Origin: Trypanosoma brucei
Lineage: Eukaryota
DNA: 64,000 nucleotides
Assembly (NCBI GenBank): GCA_000002445.1
Contig: CH464491.1
Span: 2,208,001 to 2,272,000 of the forward strand
Reading direction: 5' to 3'
The notes under the pieces are model-generated. The model did no database searches and was not told the DNA's origin. It was given only the letters and a program-made list of their open reading frames with translations. Positions 32,432-43,600 of this stretch are shown piece by piece; position 1 is the stretch's first letter; each line of letters begins with the position of its first letter. Made by a program: the position numbers and the translations under genes.

Positions 32432-34527
32432 CAAGAGTGGACTATACGGGCGGAAGGAGGCAACGACTTGAATGTTTTTGCTTGCTTTCTTCCACTCCCC
32501 GTTTTTGTTTTTACCGGTCGGTATACCCATTGTTGTACCGGTGTTAAACTTTGCAGTGTCTTCTTATGACTGCAGAATCGAACGAAAAAGCGAAGCAATG
32601 GAAGAAATAACTAAAGGAAAAGGGAACCCTGTTGTGATAAACATGAGCGCGCCTGTGGCGGAACACCGTTTCGTTTCCTCTTCATGGCTGGTTGACTTTT
32701 CCGCTCCCCCCTCCGCCCATTTTTACCCCCTGATCGTGGACTCACCGAAAACAGGAAAGGAGAGTAAATCTCTTCCTCCTCTCTCAAATATGTTTATGTA
32801 TATTTGTTGGTGTGCCGACTTCTGTTCTTATTTCGCTGTTGATTTCTTTCCTACGTAAGTAATATCTGATCTGTGCATGAGACAATAGCGTTTGATGGAT
32901 TAAAGAGGCCACATTTTTTTTTTCGGTTTCGCAAGCCCACACATCTGATCCCAGCGCCTCTGTTCTTGAGGCACCTCCCCGCTGCATATATTCATTACAC
33001 GGGACAGTTGAACGCTACCTGGTTTGCGTGACATTTGTGATTTTAACGAAAATCTCCTCGTGTGCATTTCCATATTGTGCGGGGTGCGTGTGTGTGTTTG
33101 TGTGTTTGCTTCCCTTCTCGTGCAACCGTCGATTAAACTCGCATGATGGTTGTTAAAAGGAGGGAGCGAGAGAGAACGAAAGCAAGAAGTAGAAGTGGTT
33201 GCTTTTCTCTCGATCAACGCAACAGGACGGTCCTCTGCCTCTCCATAAAGCGGTACCCACTTGTTGTACCACATCCTTTATTTTTTTTTTTCCTTTCTCA
33301 AAGGGAAAGAACTCCAGCCTCCTACCTTTTTTTTTCTTTTTTCGCAACTGATATCCCTCTTTGGTGGATGCGGCCGTGCTAAAGCGATCCCCTCATTGGT
33401 TCGTTCTAGTGTGTATGCGCATACGAACGTGTATATGTCTCTTTTTTTTCCCCCTCTGCGTTTGCCATTTGTTCTGTTTGACTTCACCTCCATTACTCCA
33501 TCTATATTTTGGTTGAAATGCGTCCAACGATGGGTAAAAGAGGAGGGAAGGAAATGCTATTCTTTATGACAACCCCTATTTCTTCTTTTGGTGTTTCTGT
33601 TGTGTCATCTTTTTTTACCCCGTCCTACTTGCTCCACCCGGCAAGTCGGCAAGAAGTGTATGCGTTTTTGTGTGTTTGTGCTTAATGAGGCAGATCTGAT
33701 CTTTCTCTTCTACTTTGCCTTCACCTTTACTTTTGCTTTGTTTCGTTTTTGTTATTCTTGACTTTTATTCTTCCGTCTACACACCCCTCACACGTTGACA
33801 ATCGTCTTACCGCAAAATGTAGCCGGTAAAACAACAAGTAACATTTGTGTTACAGTCACTTTCCATTTTCTTTTCTTCCCGTTCTTTCATTTTTTCCTTT
33901 TTGTTGGCGTTTCTTTTTCTCCTTTACAAGCCCCTCCTTCTTCCCTGATTGGTGTTATATATTCACAAATATTGTTATTATTATTATCATCTTTTTAACC
34001 AATGTTTTTGTGGCTTCCCACTTCCATCATTGAGAAATTATATACCTTTAAGTTACTCGAAGCAGCTTCCTGTGTGGGATCTAGCGATGGTGAAAAGCCC
34101 AGAAGGGGGAAAAAGTGAAAGTAAGAAGAAAAGAGGAAAAAGCCGTATTTTAAAGGGTGTGACACAGGTATTCTTGACTTCCTGCTTCCATTTATTTAAG
34201 TGTTTGTGTCCCCAAAACTTCGGCTGGAAGGTGTTTGACAGTGGCGATACTTTCAGTCCATCCTCCCGATCTCACATATCGAAAGACATGTGGGGAAGGG
34301 GGGACTAATGATGAAAATGAAGGCGCTTGTCGAGACGTGGTCCAATGTGAAAACAGTCTGGTACACGTGACCCTGCTTCGCGTGGTTGTGTGCGTGACTC
34401 TGCTTCTTCTTTTTTTTCTTTTTTCTTTGTTTTACTCTTGCGTATTTGTTTTGTTCCGTACGTAACCAGCCCGTTACGCATCTACTATTGTAGAAAGAAA
34501 ATATAGTGTTAGGGACATTGAGGGGGA

Positions 34528-35442
34528 GTGAAACAGAAATTCTCTCTCCTTTTTATCCATACAATCGGGTACAACCCTCCGTCACCTTCCATTATGTCAC
34601 ATTTGGGGGGTCACATCGATGCGTTGAGGGCTCGCTTTGGAAATGTTGAAATTGTCTGCCAGCGACCAGGAGAAACGTTACTTCAGGTGGAGCGTGAAGA
34701 ACTAACTCATGGATGCACTCTTACTCTATACGTTGCCCTTAGCGAAACATTCCCCAACTCGCCTCCAACGGTAGCCTACGCGGGAGGTCGAAAAGTGTCA
34801 ATTGCCCCTGAGGATCCTGCGGGAGTGGCCGCCATGTCGCAGGCGGTGTGGGTTCCCGGGAAGTCGCAGTTGGTGGATGCCGTGGGGAACGCTTTCAACA
34901 ACATTGCCAACTTGTGGGGGGATGTGGCACCACCATCATTGAAGGAAGTCGAAGGTGCGCTGGCGTCTAAATCGGACTCTGTGCTCGAGGACATTGCGTC
35001 AAACCCCAACTGTCTGGAGTCGTATTCGCATCAATTGTCATTTCTCAAAAAAGTTCGGGATGCGCGGTTGCGTGCCGCAGACGATGTTGAGAAGGCTTTG
35101 GAGGAGAATAGGAGGCTTCAAAAAGAGGTTATGAGAGTGAGGGGTGAGGTGGAAGAATTGCAACAACGCCTTGAGGCGCAGCTGGCAACTGTACAAGATG
35201 CGCGGAGGAGGATACCGTTGTTGGATGCCATAGGATCGCCAGAGGCTTTGGCAAAAACCTTTGCTGCTGACGTGAAGACCTTGGATACACAGTGTGAGAA
35301 AATAGCCAAGGATCTCCTCGCGGTGGATTATAGTAGTGATAAGCGTGATTTTGATACTCTAATCGAGGAGTACAAACAGAAGGCGAAGGAGCGCCACATC
35401 ATGGATTTAAAGCGCAGGGCCTATCATGCGTCGCTTGCATGA
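34528..35442 (+). CDS. Hypothetical protein with an N-terminal UEV/RWD-like (UBC-fold, no catalytic Cys) domain and a C-terminal coiled coil; candidate ESCRT-I (Vps23/TSG101- or Vps37-like) subunit
   Basis: The 304-aa product contains LYVALSETFPNSPPTVAY, which resembles the UEV/RWD motif YPxNPP (TSG101 YPYNPP), and no Cys follows it. Residues about 180-250 are heptad-rich (LQKEVMRVRGEVEELQQRLEAQLATVQDARRR). An alternative start lies at 34594 (MSHLGG). Confidence 0.55.
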   Translation: MKQKFSLLFIHTIGYNPPSPSIMSHLGGHIDALRARFGNVEIVCQRPGETLLQVEREELTHGCTLTLYVALSETFPNSPPTVAYAGGRKVSIAPEDPAGVAAMSQAVWVPGKSQLVDAVGNAFNNIANLWGDVAPPSLKEVEGALASKSDSVLEDIASNPNCLESYSHQLSFLKKVRDARLRAADDVEKALEENRRLQKEVMRVRGEVEELQQRLEAQLATVQDARRRIPLLDAIGSPEALAKTFAADVKTLDTQCEKIAKDLLAVDYSSDKRDFDTLIEEYKQKAKERHIMDLKRRAYHASLA

Positions 35443-35893
35443 AGGATTGGAAAGGCGGTAGTGTGACCGCAAATAGGTAATGCAATGGAGGTTCGAAAAC
35501 AGCCGCGAGGATGTCGGCGATGTAAGGTTTCGATTTAACATGCCACAATAAATTTTGCAATGCAACCGCCTGCGCACTTGTTCTTTCGCTCCTGCGCTTT
35601 TTTTTTGCTGCTTACTCACGGGGAGGCGGCGACGGTCGTTTGTTTCACTCTCGTGTGAATATACGTACGGATGCGTGTATTCGTTCGTGGTTAAGTTCTG
35701 TCGCTCGCTGTGCAACTTCTGTAAACCAGATGTGTTGTTGCCCCCGCTTAGTGATGCGGGAGCTGCAAACCCATTTGGTGTACGGTTACCTTATCCATGC
35801 ATTGTTCTTACCACCGGGGTTCCTTCTGGTAATACCAACGGAGGAAGTAATGCAGAAAGGGATAATATCAGTAGTGTAAACTCCGAAATTTTA

Positions 35894-35921
35894 TGTGTGT
35901 GTGTGTGTGTGTGTGTGTGTT
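35894..35921. repeat. (TG)n microsatellite followed by a G-run
   Basis: The sequence tgtgtgtgtgtgtgtgtgtgtgtgtgttggggg was read directly from the window. Confidence 0.95.
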
Positions 35922-36415
35922 GGGGGTGGGATGTCGTTTTAGGGTGTGCCTTTTCTACAGCTCTGTGTCTGGAAAAGAAGTTCCCTCTTCCAACTGATCG
36001 CTTCGGGTTGCGACTTTGTCCTTTAGTTATTCAACTGACGAAGCTGTTATGTCGCTAAGCGTGTCCGACACGTAAGTTAGGCGACATTATTAGGTTATGA
36101 AGAGGTTAAACGAACAAACAGAAATAAGTACTGTTCTGTCTCGTTTTGGTGGTCAGAATATACTCTGCAGAGGGGCGTCACTTCTTCAACGAGGTGATTC
36201 GTTGTTTAGTTGCACACTGAAACAAGTCAAATTTGTATTTTATGTATTTCTGTTTACACAGCTCTACTTCTTGTCTTCTCACTATCCGTTGTTTTATACT
36301 TCTTTGCACTCAAGGACTGGTAGGGTAAAAACAGTGAAGGCAAATTAGTGCAAGATCTTATTTATTTTAGGGGTGCACGCACGTACATATACATACTCGT
36401 GTCATTCAAGAGATT

Positions 36416-36619
36416 ATGTCATCAGTAGGAAGTAACCGTAATTCCTCATCCCGTGAAGACAATAGTACGTGCATGAAGTGCCATAAGGAGCGCATCACAT
36501 ACTGCACGAATAGTTGTGGCCATGCTCTTTTCTGTGGAAAGTGTGCTATGAAAGTTGCCACAGGGGGTAAGTGCAAGCTGTGCGGCACACTCTATTCAGG
36601 CGTGAAGCGCATTAGCTAG
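36416..36619 (+). CDS. Small RING-type zinc-finger protein
   Basis: The 67-aa product has a cysteine/histidine spacing CMKC-x11-CGH-x3-C-x2-C-x9-C-x2-C that fits the C3HC4 RING pattern, resembling the C-terminal RINGs of IAP/MDM2-type E3 ligases. Confidence 0.45.
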   Translation: MSSVGSNRNSSSREDNSTCMKCHKERITYCTNSCGHALFCGKCAMKVATGGKCKLCGTLYSGVKRIS

Positions 36620-37180
36620 TTGTTGTGATCTTTTTTTGTTGTTTCCGTTACCAAAATATGGGTGAAGTGCGGGGGCTTTGGAAATGTGCTGGTGGTTTGA
36701 ACCCCGTCATGTTTGCTCTCTCCGCCCCTTTTACCGGGACGTTGGCCCTCCAGGGGTATTTCAGTCGTATTCACTCACATCTACACGATTGGTGTTATTT
36801 GTGGGTGATGTGTTTCGACTAATGTACAAAAAGAAACATTCAGCAGTTCTTTCCGTGGGTTACCGATGCCGCTGCCGATTCTCCCACCCCGCTCTCGATG
36901 CGATTTGCAGAAAGGCAGTCAAAACATGTCCAATGTTTTCCTTTACGTCGTGGGCACAGTTAAATAAGTTTATATTTGTGCCCTCGTTTCTGCTACTCCA
37001 CCCTCCCCGTTGTTTATGGATTGTTGTTGTTTTTTTGTGTGTGGGTGGGTGAAAACGTCTCCAGTATGTTATAAGAATACAGTGGTATTGAAGTCGGTTT
37101 TTTACTTATTTCGTGGATGCTACACTACTGCTACCGAAGTGTGCCTTTTGTCAAGAAAAATGATGGCTTTTGACCCATTA

Positions 37181-37307
37181 TTTGTTTCCTCTTTTCCAAA
37201 ACTCAAGTGCCAGAAACTTCTTCTTCACTTTTCTTTCTTTCTCTCTCTCTTTGTCATTGAGCTGCTCTGCTGCTGTCTCATTGTTTCCTTTGTACCTTCA
37301 CGTTCAG
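37181..37307 (+). promoter_or_regulatory. Extended polypyrimidine (CT-rich) tract upstream of RAD51, candidate trans-splicing/polyadenylation signal
   Basis: The run tttgtttcctcttttccaaaactcaag...cttttctttctttctctctctctttgtcattgag...tttcctttgtaccttcacgttcag ends in AG about 130 nt upstream of the ATG at 37437. Confidence 0.4.
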
Positions 37308-37436
37308 CATTAGAAGTTCGGTGAGTCGTGGGGAATTCTTTGAGAGGTGGTGCGCGCTTTAAAGAGAAACCAGCAACAACACCGAAAGGGCTTCTCCAGA
37401 TTCCCCGTGAAGGTTTCTTAACGCGTATACCAGGGG

Positions 37437-38558
37437 ATGAACACTCGCACCAAAAATAAGAAACGCACTAAAGAGGTGATAGAAGATGAAGTTCACGACA
37501 TCGATGATACCGCGTTCGATGATGCCGCAGTGGATGCGGTCAACGACAACACGCAAGAGATGCAGCAGCAAGTTGGTGACGCTGCCGGTGGGCCTTCCTT
37601 TCGTGTCCTTCAGATAATGGAAAACTATGGAGTTGCTTCTGCTGATATCAAAAAGTTGATGGAGTGTGGCTTTCTCACCGTTGAGTCTGTCGCGTATGCA
37701 CCGAAGAAATCAATTTTAGCAGTGAAGGGCATAAGTGAGGCAAAGGCTGAGAAGATAATGGCGGAGTGTTGTAGACTCACTCCGATGGGCTTCACGCGCG
37801 CTACGGTTTTCCAAGAGCAACGGAAAGAAACTATTATGGTCACGACAGGCAGCCGTGAGGTGGACAAACTCCTTGGAGGTGGCATTGAAGTTGGTAGCAT
37901 CACGGAACTTTTCGGTGAGTTTCGCACAGGGAAGACGCAGCTCTGCCATACCCTTTGTGTTACATGCCAACTTCCACTTTCGCAAGGTGGTGGTGAGGGA
38001 ATGGCGCTTTATATTGACACTGAGGGAACATTCCGTCCTGAGCGCTTGGTAGCTGTGGCGGAACGGTACAGCCTGGACCCAGAGGCCGTTCTTGAAAATG
38101 TGGCTTGCGCTCGTGCTTACAACACGGACCATCAGCAGCAGTTGTTATTGCAAGCGTCCGCCACTATGGCTGAGCACCGTGTCGCAATAATCGTTGTTGA
38201 TTCCGCCACAGCTCTTTACCGTACTGATTACAATGGACGGGGTGAGTTGGCAGCACGGCAGATGCATCTTGGAAAGTTCCTCCGCTCTTTGCGCAATCTT
38301 GCTAATGAGTACAACGTGGCCGTCGTTGTTACCAATCAGGTTGTTGCCAATGTGGATGGTGCTGCCCCCACATTCCAAGCGGATTCTAAGAAACCCATTG
38401 GGGGCCACATCATGGCACATGCCTCCACTACACGGTTGAGCTTACGGAAGGGAAGGGGAGAACAGCGTATTATTAAGGTGTATGACTCACCTTGTCTCGC
38501 TGAAAGTGAGGCCATCTTCGGCATCTATGAGAACGGTGTGGGAGACGTTAGGGACTAG
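37437..38558 (+). CDS. RAD51: RAD51 recombinase
   Basis: The 373-aa product has an N-terminal HhH domain ([21 protein letters not shown]), Walker [32 protein letters not shown], and Walker [16 protein letters not shown], and is co-linear with eukaryotic Rad51. Confidence 0.95.
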   Translation: MNTRTKNKKRTKEVIEDEVHDIDDTAFDDAAVDAVNDNTQEMQQQVGDAAGGPSFRVLQIMENYGVASADIKKLMECGFLTVESVAYAPKKSILAVKGISEAKAEKIMAECCRLTPMGFTRATVFQEQRKETIMVTTGSREVDKLLGGGIEVGSITELFGEFRTGKTQLCHTLCVTCQLPLSQGGGEGMALYIDTEGTFRPERLVAVAERYSLDPEAVLENVACARAYNTDHQQQLLLQASATMAEHRVAIIVVDSATALYRTDYNGRGELAARQMHLGKFLRSLRNLANEYNVAVVVTNQVVANVDGAAPTFQADSKKPIGGHIMAHASTTRLSLRKGRGEQRIIKVYDSPCLAESEAIFGIYENGVGDVRD

Positions 38559-39440
38559 TGCCCCATCTTTTTTTTCCTCGTCATTTGTAGAAAAACATTC
38601 ACTCCGAAAGCGGAGAAGTGCATGCTGCAGTTCGAAGGCTTCGGTTTTGTCGTGTTTATGGTACACGTTATTCTGTCCTCCTTCCGGGCAGCAGGTCACT
38701 TTTCGATTTGCCTACGACTTCACTCTTTTTTTTTTCTCTTTCCTCCTGTTTAGTGCATCGGTGAGATTGACACCCGTATACCCGTTTCTGTGATTGTATG
38801 TCTGTCTGTGTGTGCGCATTTGAGTGTTGGCGGACCCTCCGTCTGTTCCGCTCTTTAGTGTTTCCCTGGCGGATCATCCCCGCTGTCGCTCCCCTTCCCT
38901 TCCCGATTTTTTTTAAAAAGAAAAACTTTCTCTTCTGATACTTGATCTGCCTTGCTCGGTTACAAACTGTTGCGCTGTACCGCGAGTTGGGAAGGTGGGG
39001 ATTAACGAATGTGGCGGCGAGGATTGCGAAGGCAATTGTAGGTAACTTAGAAAATGAAGCAAACAAACAACAAGAACGAGAATCACAGAAGTTTTTTTTT
39101 TGGTTGAGGGAGTTGCACAACGACGAAGCACAAAGAAAGACAGCAAAAAAAAAAAGGAAACAAACGAAAATAACAGTTCGAAGTGCTCTAGAAAAAGTGT
39201 GGGGGACAAAGGTGTGCGCTGTAGTTTGTTTCGGTTTCTTCCGTGCATTATACTCTTGCGACGGTGAAGTCAAGATTTATGGAAATGGGAGCGAAAATGG
39301 GTAGTAGTCTAATTCCATTGTTTTATATGATATTCCACTTCCATGTCCTGTGCGAACCGTCTTTCACTTTTGTATTGACGCTCAGCCTAAATCATAAACA
39401 CACGGACACACACAAAAAAAATACACATGTTTTTTTTTGT

Positions 39441-39550
39441 TACACTGACGTTTGCTTTGTTTTGTAGTAGTATTTTGTTGTCATCCTTGCTACTTTTTCT
39501 TTTTTCACTTTTCCCCATCTTTCCTATTTAAAAAAAAAATTTCACAACGC
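39441..39550 (+). promoter_or_regulatory. Polypyrimidine tract upstream of RPS26, candidate trans-splice signal
   Basis: The run tttttttttgttacactgacgtttgctttgttttgtagtagtattttgttgtcatccttgctactttttcttttttcacttttccccatctttcc lies about 90 nt upstream of the ATG at 39638. Confidence 0.45.
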
Positions 39551-39637
39551 TCTCACCTCACTGACACACTAACTACGAACTTGAAGCTTAGGAGGCAACA
39601 CACACTTTAAAAGAACACCAGCAGCTCTACAAAAAAG

Positions 39638-39973
39638 ATGACGACGAAGCGCCGCAATCATGGTCGTGCCAAGCCTCCCTGCAGCCGTGGTCGTGTCCGG
39701 CCTGTGCACTGCTTTAACTGCAGCCGTCTCGTTCCCAAGGACAAATCTGTTGGCCGCTTTGTGGTCCGCCGTATGCTCGATCAGGCTTCCGCCCGTGACG
39801 TGGCTGAGGCATCCCTCATCTACGGTTCTGGTTTCCCTATGCCAAAGCTCTACATGAAGCAGCGCTACTGCATTGCCTGCGCTATTCACAGTCGAACTGT
39901 ACGCGCCCGCCCTGTGGAGGATCGCAAACGTCGCTACACGTCCAAGGTGCCCTTCCGTCCAACTGGCAAGTAA
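39638..39973 (+). CDS. RPS26: 40S ribosomal protein S26 (eS26)
   Basis: The 111-aa product MTTKRRNHGRAKPPCSRGRVRPVHCFNCSRLVPKDKSVGRF...LYMKQRYCIACAIHSRTVRARP matches the eS26 consensus MTKKRRNNGR.K.GRGHV.P.RC.NC.RCVPKDKAI.KF...LY.K..YCVSCAIHS.VVR.R. Confidence 0.92.
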   Translation: MTTKRRNHGRAKPPCSRGRVRPVHCFNCSRLVPKDKSVGRFVVRRMLDQASARDVAEASLIYGSGFPMPKLYMKQRYCIACAIHSRTVRARPVEDRKRRYTSKVPFRPTGK

Positions 39974-40697
39974 TAACTCCACCCGCCACTGCGTGGCTGA
40001 AGGAGTAACCGGGGAGCATATAATAATAGTCGTGCTGGATGTGTGAAGTCGCTGAGCAAATCGCAGTCTGTTTACCTCTTTTGTGTTCTATATCTTAGAC
40101 ATCAGACATGTGATCTTGCATTGTACTAGCGCATTGCCTCCTTGCCGCAAATATGTTTTTATTTTTATTTTATTTGTTTATTTATTTCCTGACACTCCCC
40201 GTGTCTCGATATCTATAAATGTTCCCACGAAGCTAAAGAACAGTGGTGAAAGGAAAAAAGGACCGGAAGCACTGGAGCTTCGTGGTTTGGTCCTATTTCA
40301 TCACCCCCCCCCCAAAAAAAAATTAGAACACCACTGTATGTCTTTGTAGAGCTGGGCGAAAAGTCACTACTATTTACCTTTTCTCTCCTTTTGTTCTTAC
40401 TTTCATTTGCTTTGTTCCGTTTCCTCTCCGAATGCTGCGCTCTTGTTGTGGCCGGATCCACTTTCATTGAATTTTGGAAGCGTGTTTCGGGAGAGGAAAG
40501 TAGGGGATAGGTGAACAAGTACGTATATAAAACACACGTAAGTTAACTTATATATACCTGCTTGTGTTTGTTTATTGTTGTACACTGGTTGTTCACTAAC
40601 GTTCGAACCTTGACGACGGTGTGTATCTGCATCACTTCAAAGGCTAACGACACGAACGAAAACACATACGTGTAGCGGCTGAACATACACCCTTTCA

Positions 40698-43600
40698 ATG
40701 ACGAGTATCGAACAGATTGAAATCAGCGGAGTGCGCAGCTTCGACCCTAATCCAAATAACCGTCAGCGCATTGTCTTTAAGAAGCCACTCACTGTTATTC
40801 TCGGAAAGAATGGTGCTGGAAAGACAACTATTATTGAGGCACTTCTGAACGCCTGCACGGGTCAAATGCCTCCTGGTGGTGGAACAGAAAAGAGTTCGTT
40901 TGTGTACGACCCAAAGGTTGTGGGTGAGAATGATGTGAAGGCTCAGATCCGCCTTCTTTTCACGGGAAGGGGTGGGAAAGTTATGCAGGTTATTCGCTCG
41001 TTTCAGGCTACACGGACGCGGAATAAAACCACCTTCGCGACGCTCGATAACATTGTCGCCTTCCAAGATTCTGCGACGGGGAAAATCATATCCAGCACAT
41101 ATCGCGCCAATGACGTGGACCGCGCGATTCCAGACATGCTTGGTGTATCTCCTGCGGTATTGGAGCACGTCATATTCTGCCACCAGGAGGATGGAAATTG
41201 GCCCCTCTCCCCCCCGAAGGAAGTGAAGAAGATATTTGACGATATATTTGCAGCCACGCGTTATGTTCTTGCCCTCGACCGTTTGCGGGAGAATAATAAG
41301 GAACTGCGCCGCCAGCAGAAGGAACATGAGGCGAGCTTAATGTCATTGTCAGAGCACAGAGAGCAGGCACGCCAAATATCGGCGGATATTACAGTTAAGG
41401 AGGAGACTGTCGCAGGTATTAAAGCAAAAACGGATGCGCTGGCACCCCAATTGCAGGAACTGCAAGCCATCGCTACTGCTCTAGATAACGTGGAGCATCG
41501 TGCTGAAGGTTTATCTCGAGAAGCAGCTGTCATTGAAGGTCGAATAGGCGAAAAGAGGGAGTCTCTCAGCCGGTTAAACGTTTCCCCGCCCGGATACTCA
41601 CTGGGGGAGTTACTGCAACGCAGGCAGAACTTCGGTGAAAAGTTGAGGGAACTGGAATCCACTGTTTCGACAAAGAAGGAGCTTATGGAACGGGCGGTGG
41701 CGGAGCTTCGCCGTTGTGAAGAAAGTGTTGTGAGCCTCCGCTCCGGTATTGAGTTTCGTGAGAAACAGGAACAGCAGCACAAGAGGGAATGCGAGGAACT
41801 CAAGGTAATAATGAGTGATTTGTCTATGAAATTTGTCATCGATGGGGAGATCAATGAGCATTGTTTGACAAAGATAACGGAATATGTTAATGAGGAACTT
41901 CACAACGAAGAGCAAAAGCGAAGTGGAGAGCTAAATTCCATAGATGCAGGAATTCGTGCTGTAGAGGATAGAAGGTCCACAACACTTCGTGCGATGGACA
42001 CCGAAGGTAAGGAGAAGGAAATGAAAGAGGAGCAGCTCCGTCATCTGATGAAGAGATGTGGCGACGCAAAGGAGGCACTCGGTAAGTTGGCTCCGTACGT
42101 TACCCCTACACGTCTGAAGAATGTGCAGGACACGATTACCGAGTTGGAAAAACGTGTTGAGGCAATGGAGCTGCTGCAAAAGGGTGACGCGAGGTACAGG
42201 CAGCGACAGGACATCTTACAGAGTGTTGAGGCACAAAATAAGGTTGTCGCTCAGTTGCGACAAGAACTGTCCCGACACAAGCAGCGCTCAGGTCGTGAGG
42301 CAGAGATGAATCTCCTTCGTACCCAGATTGCGGAAAAGGAGGAAATTATCAACAACCGACTGCAGGAAGAGCTAATTGCAGGACTCAATGACCTTGGCTG
42401 CAATACAGGCGGATCGCAGACCCTCACAACTGTAACGATGCAAATCGACAAACTGAGGCGCAAGATGGCAGACACGCTTTATAGCGTCGAAGCAGAGGCC
42501 AATGACCTTGATCGCCAGTTGATTGCACTGAAACAGAACCGGTCGCAGTTGGAGGGGAAAATTGTCAGCGAGAATATAGAGCTACAGAGGAAGAGGGTTC
42601 AATGTATCAGCAAACTTGGAAATGATGATGCCCTAACTAACTTTGAGGCGCTTCTAGTGGAGGCGCGTGACAGATATCACAAATTGAATGAGAAGCTTAG
42701 TGGATCTAAAGCATTGGCCGCATGTCACGCCCACTTTGTGGAGCAGGCTAAGGTTGAGGACAAGTGCCCACTCTGTGGTCGTGCTTTTGGCAGTGAGAAT
42801 GAGTTGAATGACTTCTTGGCATCCTTTAAGGTGGGTCAACAAACCTCTGGGAAGGATAGCATAAAAGAGGGTGACGTTGAGAAGGCTCTGCAACGCGTGC
42901 GCGGACTCGAGCAGTTGGAGTCTGATGTAATGGACGTGAGGCGGCTTGCCGATAATGCACCACAACTGGAGGAGTCACTTAAATCTACGATTAAGCAGAT
43001 TCGAGACAAAGAAATTCTCCTGGAGGATGTGCACAACAAACGAGACAAAGTGAAGGACGAAATGCAGCGTGCGCAAAAACTGGTTCAGGCTGCGATGGAG
43101 GTGAATGCCATGACATCTGAGAAGCAGGCACTACTGCAGCAGCTTAACAGACGAGAGGCAGCATGTGCAGAGGCGAGCACATCTTCCGCTAACATTGGGG
43201 GTGCAGGGGAGCCTTGCTGTGCGGGTGAATTAGCGTCACTTTCGTACGAGGAGCTGTCGGACAAGTACGAGTCCGCAAATGCTGAACTTCACCGGTTGAA
43301 TGTGCTTCTAAGTGAAATGCAGAGAGGGGAAGAGGGAGGCTCTGCCCAAGCACTTGTCAAGGAGCTTACAATGAAGCGGTCGGAACTCTGTGAATTGAAA
43401 ATGAAGCTTACTCGTCAAGCCGAGGTTGAGGCAACGATTGCTCAATATGCGGAGCAGGAGGAAGGTTACGTCAGCCGTATTGCTGAAATAGACGACCAAC
43501 GGGAAAAACTGGTGGCCCAACTTGAATCTTACAATAAGGAGTTGGAAGCACTGCATGCAAAGCGGAAGGAGCTTGAGTTGGCGTCTCAACAGGGATACAT

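Noticed and set aside
34296-34400. A possible C/D snoRNA. There is a C-box-like aatgatga at about 34303, and another tgatga at about 47714 in the AUK1–ZMYND10 spacer.
   Set aside because: No properly spaced D box (CTGA) or terminal stem was found within 60-120 nt downstream. Without a covariance-model scan this is not supportable.
35481-35545. A tRNA-like ggttcgaaa motif in the spacer after the UEV-like gene.
   Set aside because: It lacks the GGTTCGAATCC T-loop consensus. No acceptor-stem complementarity or anticodon-arm structure is evident. No tRNA is called in the window.
38668-39273. A 201-aa minus-strand ORF in the RAD51–RPS26 spacer.
   Set aside because: Its translation is dominated by poly-F/K/R low complexity derived from A/T-rich and CT-rich UTR sequence. 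It is on the wrong strand for this polycistron and shows no domain.
40695-41327. A 210-aa ORF on the minus strand, along with many other minus-strand ORFs of 60-200 aa (for example 8530..9090, 14557..15171, 15901..16392, 22604..23092, 24577..25041, 41261..41854).
   Set aside because: Each lies entirely inside a well-supported + strand gene (RAD50, Sec13, ULK4, the dynein HC). Translations are low-complexity or Ser/Arg-rich with no recognisable domains. They are antisense shadow ORFs typical of GC-balanced coding sequence.
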